From an uncultured Chloroflexia bacterium (GTDB lineage Bacteria > Chloroflexota > Limnocylindria > Limnocylindrales > CSP1-4), in NCBI GenBank assembly GCA_963817245.1, contig CAWFNQ010000003.1:43238-107237 (forward strand): a DNA stretch of 64,000 nt. The letters are read 5' to 3'. Position 1 is the first letter of the stretch. Every line of letters starts with the position of its first letter. Shown in pieces: positions 13,581-21,535 of this stretch. A program made the position numbers and the translations under genes. Under the pieces are notes generated by a model. The model saw only the letters and a list, made by a program, of their open reading frames with translations. It was not told where the DNA came from and did no database searches.

Positions 13581-15105
13581 ATGCGACGCCACCGTCTGCT
13601 CCGGCGTGCCGCCCTGCCCCTGATGGCCCTCCTCCTGGCGGTCACCGTCGTGCCGCTCGACGGCGTGGTCGGGCATCCGACCGCCGTCCGCGCCGCCACC
13701 GAGATCCGGCCGCGCATCCCGGGCATCAAGCCGATGACCAAGGAGGTCTACGGCTATCTCCCCTACTGGCGGCTCGATTCGGGGACCGTCGACCGGCTCC
13801 ACTACGAGCTCGTCTCGACGATCGCGTTCTTCGGGCTCGGCATCAAGTCGACGGGTGCGCTCGACACGGCCTGGGTCGGCTACAAGGAGTACGTCGGCGA
13901 CGACGCGGCGGCCGTCACCAACGCCGCCCACGATCGCGGCGTCCGCGTGGTGCCCACCTTCCAGCTCTTCGACACCGCGTCGGGCTACCCGAAGATGACC
14001 GCGTTCCTCAACAGCGCGACGGCCCAGAACCGCTTCATCAAGCGAGGCGCTCGCGCTGATGGCTGCGCGCAAGGCGGACGGCGCCGGCCTCGACTTCGAG
14101 CCCGTCGGCGCCCTCGCGGCGCGAGCCCCGCAGTTCGTCGCCTTCGTCGCGAAGTTCCGCGCGGCGATGAAGAAGCGCTTCCCCGACGCCCAGCTGGTGA
14201 ACGCGACGTCCGCGGGGGCCACCGAGGCGCTCGTCAAGGGCATCGAGCCGTACGTCGACCGGCAGATGATCATGACCTACAACTACCGCTGGTCCGGCTC
14301 GACGATCACCGGGCGCCATCGCGCCGCTCGACCACGCCTCGCGGAACGTCAAGATCCACATCCAGAAGATGCTCGACTGGGTGCCGGCCGGGTCGCTGCT
14401 GATGGGCGTGCCGTACTACGGCTATGACTGGCCGGTCACCAGCACGGTCCCGAACGCCAAGGTCCAGAGCGACAAGACGACCTACGGGAAGGTCAAGTCC
14501 GTCACCTACGCGAGCGCCCGCGACTGGCTGGCGGCCCACCCGGGGACGCCGCGCCAGTACGACGCCCTCGAAGGCAGCGCCTTCTACACCTACTACTCGA
14601 ACACCTACAAGACGTATCGCCAGGTCTACTTCGAGGAGGAGCGCAGCCTCGCCGACAAGTACGACTACGCGATCGTGACCGGCCTCGCCGGCATCGGGAT
14701 CTGGACCCTCGACAACGACAAGGGCTACGACGACCTGTGGAACGTCCTGCGCGCGAAGTTCTACGCGCCGGTCCACCAGGTCGCCGTGCTCGGGTCGGTC
14801 GTGGTCACGAGGAAGAACGGGATCGTCTACGCGACGATCAAGGGACGAGCCCGCGATGACGGCACGGTCCCCGAGCGCGGGCGCTTCTCGTGGAGCATCC
14901 GCGACGCGAAGGGTCACCTCGCTCAAGTCGGGGACGCTGCCGAGGCGCCTCGTCTATCCGGGCCGCAGCGCCACCGAGACCCTGAAGGTCCGACTGGGCA
15001 CGCGCGGCGGGCCTCAAGTCGGGCATCTACACCTACCGCGTCCGGTTCATGGTCGGCGCCAGGATCTGGCGCTCGCCCGCGATCACGTTCCACCAGCGGT
15101 ACTGA
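13581..15105 (+). pseudogene. secreted glycoside hydrolase family 18 (chitinase-like) protein; frame changes 4 times
   Basis: Signal MRRHRLLRRAALPLMALLLAVTVVPL is in ORF 13011..14402. Catalytic-type DGAGLDFEP is in ORF 14059..14427. MGVPYYGYDW and GIGIWTLDND are in ORF 14369..15265. The tail ends ITFHQRY, followed by TGA at 15103-15105. Shifts lie near 14043, 14312, 14912 and 15006, each at a short G/C run. Confidence 0.75.
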
Positions 15106-15183
15106 GCCCGCCCCTGACGAGATTCCCAGCCGGATGGGTCGTTTACCACGAAACATTCGCCACGGGTCCATCGTCTATCGGCC

Positions 15184-15312
15184 GTGCACACCCACCACCC
15201 GTACCGACCGGTCGCCATCGCCGCCTTGCGGCGTGCGTTCCTGGTCGTGGTGGCGGTCACGCTGATCCTGGTCTTTCTGCCGGCGGCCCTCGCGCTGCAG
15301 GCGGCGACCTAG
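15184..15312 (+). CDS. possible 42-aa single-helix membrane peptide
   Basis: GTG..TAG ORF below the track cutoff: VHTHHPYRPVAIAALRRAFLVVVAVTLILVFLPAALALQAAT. The only support is the basic-then-hydrophobic pattern shared with the two downstream small ORFs. Confidence 0.25.
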   Translation: MHTHHPYRPVAIAALRRAFLVVVAVTLILVFLPAALALQAAT

Positions 15313-15428
15313 ATCACCAACCGACGTCTCGGTGCCTGGGGGCCACGAGACGACTCGGCGGCGATCGACCGCGATGGTCGAGACGCCAGCCCGTCGGAGG
15401 AGCCGGTGAGCGACTCCGCCGACCTGCA

Positions 15429-15466
15429 GGACCCCGTCGCTTGGGGTATGCGGCGGGGTCCTGCCA
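15429..15466 (+). repeat. GC-rich hairpin repeat, copy 1 (family consensus CCCCGTCGS - YKGGGG loop - GCGGCGGGGTCCTGCCA)
   Basis: GGACCCCGTCGC ttggggtat GCGGCGGGGTCC TGCCA forms a 12-bp stem with one G-U pair, extendable by GCA/TGC. Confidence 0.6.
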
Positions 15467-15547
15467 TAAGTGACGAGGGTCTCGTTGACCCTCGGACAAG
15501 GTCTCAGATAGGTTGGAGAAGCTGGAACGACATGCTCGGGGGAACCG

Positions 15548-15706
15548 ATGAAGCGACTGCCGTTGGTGCTCGTGCTGATCGCGGTTTTCGCGCTCGGGTT
15601 CGGTGGCGGATGGATCGTCCATCAGATCTACTACGAGCCGGTCATCGTCCAGTGGGAGCCACCCGACCCGATCCCTGTGCCGACTAGTTCGAGTCCGCCC
15701 TGATCG
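15548..15706 (+). CDS. 52-aa small membrane protein (MKR, one helix, Pro-rich tail)
   Basis: ATG 15548 follows GGGGGA. MKRLPLVLVLIAVFALGFGGGWIVHQIYYEPVIVQWEPPDPIPVPTSSSPP. The N-terminus is paralogous (also at nucleotide level) to ORF 16548..16775. A TTGACC-N18-TAGGTT promoter-like signal lies at 15485-15514. Confidence 0.45.
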
Positions 15707-15758
15707 AGTGGCTGCGTCCGAGAGCCAGACCTCGGAGACGCCCCAACCACCGAAGAGA

Positions 15759-15793
15759 GGGCCCCGTCGCCTGGGGGCGGCGGGGTCCTGCCA
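15759..15793 (+). repeat. GC-rich hairpin repeat, copy 2
   Basis: GGGCCCCGTCGC ctgggg GCGGCGGGGTCC TGCCA. It lies about 52 nt after the stop of ORF 15548..15706 and 26 nt before ATG 15820. Confidence 0.6.
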
Positions 15794-15819
15794 TACCCGG
15801 GCATAGACTCGCGAGCGAC

Positions 15820-16443
15820 ATGAGGCTGCTATCGATCGCGTTGATCGCCGTGGCGATCGCAGGGGCCGGGTGCGGACCAGTCAAGGACGGGTCGCCGGCA
15901 ACGTCGTCGCCTGACTCTGTCCCAGCTCCGTCTCCGTCGACGGCGTCGTTTCCAGAGTCAGCGGACGGGATCTCCTTCGAGCGGCCCGCCGAATGGACCC
16001 GATGGCAGCCGAACCAGCACAACCCGGTCAACGATGGGCCCCTGATCTACTTGAGCACCGACCGGTTGCTCCCGTCCTGCGCGACGACACCCGACGCGAC
16101 GCCGAACCCGGCGAGCGCGGAGGGCAGGGCATGCGACTGGCCGCTGGCCGAACTCGGACCCAACGGCGTACTGGTGACCTGGCTCACGACCCGCATCCTC
16201 CAGTCGCTCCCGACCGACGGCGAGCCCGTCGAGGTGAACGGTGCGACAGCGCGTTGGCAGGCGACGAAACCAGGCACTTGCGGGGCGATCGGGGCCGACG
16301 AGACGATCGACGTTCTCGTGCCCATCGGTCAGCCGACGCCACTCTCGAACGTCGCCGTCGTCGCGTGCCTGCGGGGTCCGGATATCGCGTCGGGAGAGGC
16401 GATGGTTCGGGCGATGCTGGAGTCGGCGACCGTCGCGAGGTAG
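15820..16443 (+). CDS. putative lipoprotein
   Basis: 207-aa ORF with the lipobox-like signal MRLLSIALIAVAIAGAGCGP. The remainder looks like a soluble domain with no recognised family. Confidence 0.65.
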   Translation: MRLLSIALIAVAIAGAGCGPVKDGSPATSSPDSVPAPSPSTASFPESADGISFERPAEWTRWQPNQHNPVNDGPLIYLSTDRLLPSCATTPDATPNPASAEGRACDWPLAELGPNGVLVTWLTTRILQSLPTDGEPVEVNGATARWQATKPGTCGAIGADETIDVLVPIGQPTPLSNVAVVACLRGPDIASGEAMVRAMLESATVAR

Positions 16444-16458
16444 GACGCCGCGTCGGCA

Positions 16459-16493
16459 GGGCACCGTCGGTCGGGGGCGGCGGGGTCCTGCCA
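16459..16493 (+). repeat. GC-rich hairpin repeat, copy 3 (degenerate 5' arm)
   Basis: GGGCACCGTCGG tcgggg GCGGCGGGGTCC TGCCA. It lies about 15 nt after TAG 16441-16443 and 54 nt before GTG 16548. Confidence 0.55.
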
Positions 16494-16547
16494 CGTCGAC
16501 GGCGACTCCCGATTGTCGAGCTGCTGGGCGGGGTGTAGCGTCGCCTC

Positions 16548-16775
16548 GTGAAACGCCGACTTGTCGTCGTGCTCATCGTCGTCGCGATCGCGTTCTTCGT
16601 CTCTGGATTGCGGTACACGAGCCCGGTCATCGGGACATACAGCCCGGCGATCTGCGGGCCACTCACTGACCAATACGGAAACCCAGCCGGTGACGCCGGC
16701 CCCTGCCCCTCTTACGAGCCGCCTCCGCCTTACATGGAGCCGGGCTGGGACTGGGCGCCCTTCTGGGCCAACTAG
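16548..16775 (+). CDS. 75-aa small membrane/secreted protein (MKRR, one helix, Cys/Pro/Trp-rich tail)
   Basis: MKRRLVVVLIVVAIAFFVSGL followed by ..AICGPLTDQYGNPAGDAGPCPSYEPPPPYMEPGWDWAPFWAN. TTGTCG-N17-TAGCGT lies 6 nt before the GTG, so the mRNA may be leaderless. Confidence 0.55.
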   Translation: MKRRLVVVLIVVAIAFFVSGLRYTSPVIGTYSPAICGPLTDQYGNPAGDAGPCPSYEPPPPYMEPGWDWAPFWAN

Positions 16776-17015
16776 CCTGACACGGCGCCACGAGCGGTCG
16801 GCGATCGGGCCGTCGGGTGAGGCTAGGCCTCGTCGCTCGGGGTCGATGGGTCAGTTCACTGCTTGGGTGCAGTGACCGGGCCTCCCAAGCGGCGAGGTTC
16901 ACATGTAAGTCGAGATTGGGGCATGCTTCCCCGCGGGCGGGAGCCCTCGTTGTCCCACAGGGTCGAGACCATCCGATGCCGGCTGTTGCCGTCGTCGCGG
17001 AGATAAAACCAACGA

Positions 17016-17429
17016 ATGGATACGGGATCACGCGACGTCAATCGGACCTACCGCATCGGCGAGATTGCGAACCTCGCCCATCTCTCGCTCCGAACGCTGC
17101 GCTATTGGGAAGAGGTCGGCCTGCTGGCCCCCGCTGATCGGACAGAAGGCGGGTTCCGGCTCTACTCGCAAGCCGACTTGGAGAGAGTCATGCTCGTTCG
17201 GGCGATGAAGCCGATCGACATCTCGATCGAGGAGCTGAAAGAGCTGGTCCGCCTCGTGGACCGGGTTCGGGAGCGCCGTCATGACGACCCCGACGGCACC
17301 GAAGGCAGCACGCGAGCTCTCGAGCAATTCGTCGTTCGGATCCGCTCTCGATGTGAGGTCGTTCGGAACCGGCTTGTTGCAGCGGAGATGGCTGCCGTCG
17401 AGATCGAGTTGCTGATGGAGGGCGGCTGA
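17016..17429 (+). CDS. MerR family transcriptional regulator
   Basis: 137-aa ORF. The N-terminal HTH YRIGEIANLAHLSLRTLRYWEEVGLL..R.EGGFRLYS is the canonical MerR signature, followed by a coiled-coil dimerisation helix. Confidence 0.85.
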   Translation: MDTGSRDVNRTYRIGEIANLAHLSLRTLRYWEEVGLLAPADRTEGGFRLYSQADLERVMLVRAMKPIDISIEELKELVRLVDRVRERRHDDPDGTEGSTRALEQFVVRIRSRCEVVRNRLVAAEMAAVEIELLMEGG

Positions 17430-17627
17430 ACTGCCGGCTCGGAGTCTGCCTGGCGAGTCCGTCGCGGTTCCCCGAGTCAACGAGTCCTGACTGCGTCCGG
17501 CACGAAACCTGACGTGGCGTTAGAGTTCCAATACCTAACGTCACGGTAGGGTCGAGCATCGGGAGAGCATCAGGTGCGTCGGGCGGATGGATCCAGCGGC
17601 CCTGAGACGACCGATTTCGCCGATGCT

Positions 17628-18422
17628 ATGACCGCCGTCGTCACCGTGGCCGACCGACTCTACCTTCCCGCGGCGTGCTGCCAGCTGCTGTCGGCCGCGA
17701 GCCACCTGACGGACCGCGATCGCGCTCAACTGTTCCTTATGGTCTGCGACGTGACGTCCGAGGACATCGCCGGCGCCCGAAGCTTCTTCAAGGCGCGGGG
17801 CGTGCATGTCGAGATCGTCTACCCGGATTTTCTCCACCGCATGCTGCCTCCGCTGACGCAAACGCGGTGGCCGAAGGCGGCCTACCTACGTCTGTACTTC
17901 GACTGGTATTTCGACAGGAGCTGGCGGCGAGTCGTGTACTTCGATGCCGACACGAGGGTCTGCGCTCGACTTTCCCCTCTGCTGAACGCAGATCTCCAGG
18001 GCCGACCCATCGGTGCGGTCCACGACTCCATCTACTACGTCACAGGCAACATCCAGCGCCGACGCCGCGACCTCTTCCTGAAGGACGACGCACCGTATTT
18101 CCAATCGGGCGTGATGGTCTTCGACTGGCTGACCGTCCTCGACACGGATGGGTTGGGTGAAGCGCGGCGGTTCCTGTCCAGCCATCCTGAGTCGTGTTAC
18201 GAGGCACCCGATCAGGACGCCCTGAATGCGACGTTCGAGGATCGGTGGACGCCGCTCGACCCACGTTGGAACCTTCACGAGTTCTACCTCATGTCGGGCG
18301 CTCAGTTGCAGCCATACTTGATGCACTTCACATCTGTGAAACCTTGGTCACCTATGCGCCCGAGCCTGGCGTTCCGCGGCTGCGTGGTATCGGAACGAAC
18401 TCAGGGACTCGCCGTGGCCTGA
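17628..18422 (+). CDS. glycosyltransferase family 8 (LgtC/glycogenin-like)
   Basis: Track ORF 17574..18422. Preferred start is ATG 17628 (MTAVVTVADRLYLPAA). GT8-type segments are YLRLYFDWYF, VVYFDADT (DxD), YFQSGVMVFD, DQDALN and HFTSVKPW. The C-terminus may continue in another frame to about 18560. Confidence 0.8.
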   Translation: MTAVVTVADRLYLPAACCQLLSAASHLTDRDRAQLFLMVCDVTSEDIAGARSFFKARGVHVEIVYPDFLHRMLPPLTQTRWPKAAYLRLYFDWYFDRSWRRVVYFDADTRVCARLSPLLNADLQGRPIGAVHDSIYYVTGNIQRRRRDLFLKDDAPYFQSGVMVFDWLTVLDTDGLGEARRFLSSHPESCYEAPDQDALNATFEDRWTPLDPRWNLHEFYLMSGAQLQPYLMHFTSVKPWSPMRPSLAFRGCVVSERTQGLAVA

Positions 18423-18756
18423 TTTCGTCGCGTCGCAGAGTCGCTGGCAGGCGATCCGAGCAGACCTTCAATTCTGCTGCGCCGTCACACGACCCATCTA
18501 TTCGATGACCTGGCGAAGCAGCTTCCTTCGTCGCCGCACGACTGGCTCCTCGGCGTGCTGACCGATATAGGTTGGGCTTCCGGTCGTGGGTTCCACGGCG
18601 GCGCGGCGACGTTGACGACATGACCGAAGCGTTGATCCTGGAGGCGAGCGGCCGGCTTGCGCCGATACGACCGCCGGAAGCGGTTCTAGATCGCATCGAC
18701 CGGGCCGGATCTCGACCGCGCCGGGGGCCGGCCACTAAGCCACGCCAGTGCTCCGA

Positions 18757-18790
18757 AGACCCCGTCGGTGGGGGCGGCGGAGTCCTGCCA
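18757..18790 (+). repeat. GC-rich hairpin repeat, copy 4
   Basis: AGACCCCGTCGG tggggg CGGCGGAGTCC TGCCA. The 60 nt that follow (18791-18852) are about 80% identical to 19219-19281. Confidence 0.55.
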
Positions 18791-18901
18791 CGTCTCGGGT
18801 GGGATGCCGAGCGTGATCCCGCCTCGATCCGCGTCGCCGCCATCTGAGCAGCTGGTGACTTCGGCGGCGGTGCCCGTTACGCTTGCATCGGAGGTGCCCC
18901 G

Positions 18902-19144
18902 ATGACGGTCCAAGACGCGTTGGAACAGGCCATGCACCACGAAACCCCGACCGGCGTGATGAACGCGCTCGTCCAACAGGGCGTGTGGATGGCCGACGAA
19001 GACACGATGACGGCGGCGATCCACAACGTGTACTGCGGGATCATGGCCGACCACGACGAACCCAACGAGAAGGATCGCGATCAGGCCCGACAGTTGATCG
19101 CCGCCATCGGCCAGTCGACCGGAGCCGGCGCGTCGCCGCGATAG
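18902..19144 (+). CDS. hypothetical 80-aa cytoplasmic protein
   Basis: MTVQDALEQAMHHETPTGVMNALVQQGVWMADEDTMTAAIHNVYCGIMADHDEPNEKDRDQARQLIAAIG. Composition is protein-like, unlike the Arg-rich alternative frames. Its ATG overlaps the TGA of a 33-codon upstream ORF (18804..18905). Confidence 0.4.
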   Translation: MTVQDALEQAMHHETPTGVMNALVQQGVWMADEDTMTAAIHNVYCGIMADHDEPNEKDRDQARQLIAAIGQSTGAGASPR

Positions 19145-19232
19145 CCGGAACCGCCGAGCCGCGGAGCTCCATCAAGGCGGCGTCGCAGAGCGAGGGCCAC
19201 GCTCGGGTCACCGTCGGCCGTCTCCGGGTAGG

Positions 19233-19759
19233 ATGCCCGGCGTGATCCCCGCTCCGTTCGCGTCGCCGCCGTCGCTGCCGCTCGCGCTTGGGCGTGGTCG
19301 CCGGATGCGGATCCTCGGGGGCGACCGGGTCGTCCTCCGCGGGGTCGAACGCGTCAGGGGTACCGGTTGCGTCGGCTCCGGGCGCCGTCCCGACCGCCTC
19401 CCCGATGGACGGCCAGACCGACACGGACTGGGGTCGGATCTGGGACTGGGCTCCCGGACGGGTTCCCGCTCTACGCCGGCGCGACTGCGTCCGACGAGAC
19501 CGACCTCGGGCCGGCGAGTGAGGTCGACGTCGTCAATGGCGCGAAGGCGGCTGCCGTGATCGCCTGGTACGAGCAGGAGCTCCAGGGCGCCGGGTACGCG
19601 ACCGATGCGCTGAACGGGCCGATGGAGGATGGGAGCTACACGCTCGACATGACCGGGCAGCCCGCCGGCTGCCGGCTCGAGGTCGCCACCGCGCCGATGG
19701 GCGGCGAGCGGCGTCCTCGGGATCACCGTGCGCTACGGGGCGGGCTGCCCGAACAGCTG
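19233..19759 (+). pseudogene. lipoprotein; frame changes 3 times
   Basis: MPGVIPAPFASPPSLPLALG / VVAGCGSSGATGSS..MDGQTDTDWGRIWDW / LPDGFPLYAGATASDETDL..YTLDMTGQPAGCRLEVATAPM / AASGVLGITVRYGAGCPNS-TGA(19757-19759). Each junction (19290-92, 19448-50, 19699-701) is a GGG run. Confidence 0.55.
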
Positions 19760-20415
19760 ACCTCCGTCGGCCGGAGCACGTAGACGCCGGCCTGCTTGTG
19801 CTCGAGGTCCTCGAGCTCCGTCGTCGTCCGGACGTCGTACGTGGCGACCTCGACGAGGTCGTCGACCGGCAGGTATCGGCGGCGCGGATCGCCGAGCAGG
19901 ACGTCGATCCCGCGGTCGCGCGCTCGGTGCAGCCAGGGCATGACCCGGGTCGCCAGCTGTCCCTCGTACCAGCAGTCGCCCGCGAGCACGATGTCGACGT
20001 CCGGCGGGTCGTCATCGAGGACGTCGCGTCGGACGACCGCGACCCGTTGGCCATTCACGCGGGCGTTGAGGGGGACCGCGGCGGTCGCGAAGGCGTCGAT
20101 GTCGGCGCCGGTCGCCTCCTCCGCTCCCGCCTGCATCGCCGCGATGGCGCACAGCCCGGACCCCGTGCCGAGATCGAAGACCCGCCGCCCCGCGACGGCC
20201 TCGGGGTGATCACGCAGGTAGTGGGCGAGCGCCAGGCCACCCGACCAGGCGAACGCCCAGTACGGCAGCGCGGCATCGGGGTCGGCGGTCTCGAGCTGGA
20301 CGGCACGCCAGAGCGGCAGGACCTCGTCGGCGAGGTGGAGGCGGATCGCTTCGAGACCCGGCACGGGCTGGAGACGCGTGTGCCGCAGGACGAACGCCCG
20401 GGCCGATGCGCTCAT
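19723..20415 (-). CDS. class I SAM-dependent methyltransferase
   Basis: Track ORF 19723..20988 trimmed to ATG 20415, which overlaps the tetR stop (ATGA). RVFDLGTGSGLCAIAAMQAGA is the motif I Gly-rich loop, followed by GADID and IVLAGDCWYE. Confidence 0.8.
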   Translation of the reverse strand: MSASARAFVLRHTRLQPVPGLEAIRLHLADEVLPLWRAVQLETADPDAALPYWAFAWSGGLALAHYLRDHPEAVAGRRVFDLGTGSGLCAIAAMQAGAEEATGADIDAFATAAVPLNARVNGQRVAVVRRDVLDDDPPDVDIVLAGDCWYEGQLATRVMPWLHRARDRGIDVLLGDPRRRYLPVDDLVEVATYDVRTTTELEDLEHKQAGVYVLRPTEVSCSGSPPRSAR

Positions 20416-20963
20416 GTCGTGCCGAGGATCGTGTCGAGGCCGGCCTCGAACGCCTCGTCGAGGTCGCCGCCGAGCCGGAACGCGCCGGCGAGCTCCATGC
20501 TCACGAAGCCGTGCGCCCACGAGACGAAGGTGCGCGCGGCCGACAGGGCGCGCTCCTCCCCGACCAACCGGCCCATCGACACGATCAGCGGCCGAGCGAC
20601 CTCGGCGAGGGCCGCCGGGTCCGGCTCGAGTCCCGGGCCGAGCCGGGCGAACAGCAGCGCGTAGCCGTTCGGGTTCGCGTGCACGAAGGCGCGGTAGGCG
20701 TGGGCGGCCGCGCGCAGGTCGGCGCGCGGGTCGGCGGTCGCCGTGGCTCGGGCGATCGTCCGGGTGAGATCGGCGACGACGTCGTCGGCCACGAGGCGGA
20801 CCAGACCGGAGCGATCTCGCACGTGCTTGTAGAGCGACGGACCACGGACGCCGACCCGGTCGCCGACCTTGGCCATGACCACGGCATCGAGGCCGTCCTC
20901 CTCGAGGATGACCCGGGCCGCCTGGACGATCGCGTCGCGTGAGGTGCGTGCGGGAGCTGGCAT
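20412..20963 (-). CDS. TetR/AcrR family transcriptional regulator
   Basis: 183-aa ORF with the N-terminal HTH AARVILEEDGLDAVVMAKVGDRVGVRGPSLYKHV. TATACT lies 7 nt upstream of the ATG, suggesting a leaderless mRNA. Confidence 0.9.
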   Translation of the reverse strand: MPAPARTSRDAIVQAARVILEEDGLDAVVMAKVGDRVGVRGPSLYKHVRDRSGLVRLVADDVVADLTRTIARATATADPRADLRAAAHAYRAFVHANPNGYALLFARLGPGLEPDPAALAEVARPLIVSMGRLVGEERALSAARTFVSWAHGFVSMELAGAFRLGGDLDEAFEAGLDTILGTT

Positions 20964-20970
20964 GACGATG

Positions 20971-21015
20971 AGTATAGGCTATTGACACTAGCCATCAAGG
21001 CTATATAGTGTAGCC
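20971..21015. promoter_or_regulatory. divergent overlapping promoters with two GGCTA-N7-TAGCC palindromes (candidate TetR operators)
   Basis: On the + strand, TTGACA (20982-87) N16 TATAGT (21004-09) faces the DUF4260 gene. On the - strand, TTGATG (20998-93) N16 TATACT (20976-71) faces tetR. The palindromes at 20977-20993 and 20999-21015 cover both. Confidence 0.65.
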
Positions 21016-21065
21016 ATCAAGCGAGCGGACCCGCCGCCCCGACACCGGCCCGAAGGAGGCCCGAG

Positions 21066-21533
21066 ATGACCGACACTGACGATGGAGCCCCGAACGACCC
21101 CCGATGCATCCCCGCCGACGGGTCCTCTGCCCCGACGGCGGCGATGGATGTCGCCCGGCAGCTCGCCTGGATCCGTCCCTGGCTTCGGCTCGAAGGCCTC
21201 GCCGTGTTCGCTGCCGGTCTCGTCGGCTTCCTCGCGCTCGGCGTGCCGTGGTACCTGTTCCCCCTGCTCCTGCTCGTGCCCGATCTCTCGGCGGTCGGGT
21301 ACCTCGGCGGCCCTCGGCTCGGTGCCGTCGTCTACAACGTCGCGCACGACCTGTTCACGGGCGCCGCGATCGCCGGCATCGGCCTCGCGACCGGGATCGT
21401 GCCGCTGACGGCGGCCGGGGCGATCCTCGTCGCGCACAGCGGCATGGACCGCGTGGCCGGCTACGGCCTCAAGCTCCCGACCTCGTTCCAGGACACGCAC
21501 CTTGGGCGAATCGGCAAGCGGCGCGCGGCCTGA
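21066..21533 (+). CDS. DUF4260-like membrane protein
   Basis: 155-aa ORF after GGAGG. It has LEGLAVFAAGLVGF, LLLLVPDLSAVGYLGGPRLGAVVYNVAHD and HSGMDRVAGYGLK segments as I recall them for DUF4260. Confidence 0.7.
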   Translation: MTDTDDGAPNDPRCIPADGSSAPTAAMDVARQLAWIRPWLRLEGLAVFAAGLVGFLALGVPWYLFPLLLLVPDLSAVGYLGGPRLGAVVYNVAHDLFTGAAIAGIGLATGIVPLTAAGAILVAHSGMDRVAGYGLKLPTSFQDTHLGRIGKRRAA

Positions 21534-21535
21534 CC

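Noticed and set aside
15429-15466. The hairpin repeat ends in GCCA after a 12-13-bp stem, reminiscent of a tRNA acceptor-T minihelix or an integration att site.
   Set aside because: In copies 1 and 3, the TGC(C) pairs with upstream GCAGG, extending the stem, so there is no free NCCA tail. The loop is not a T-loop, and no integrase is nearby.
18572-18847. A 91-aa ORF, or its internal MTEALILEASGRLAPIRPPEAVLDRIDRAG start, in the gap after GT8.
   Set aside because: It reads straight through hairpin repeat copy 4 and becomes Gly/Arg-rich. Only the first about 30 residues look protein-like. This may be a remnant or part of a frame-shifted gene, but the evidence is too weak to call.
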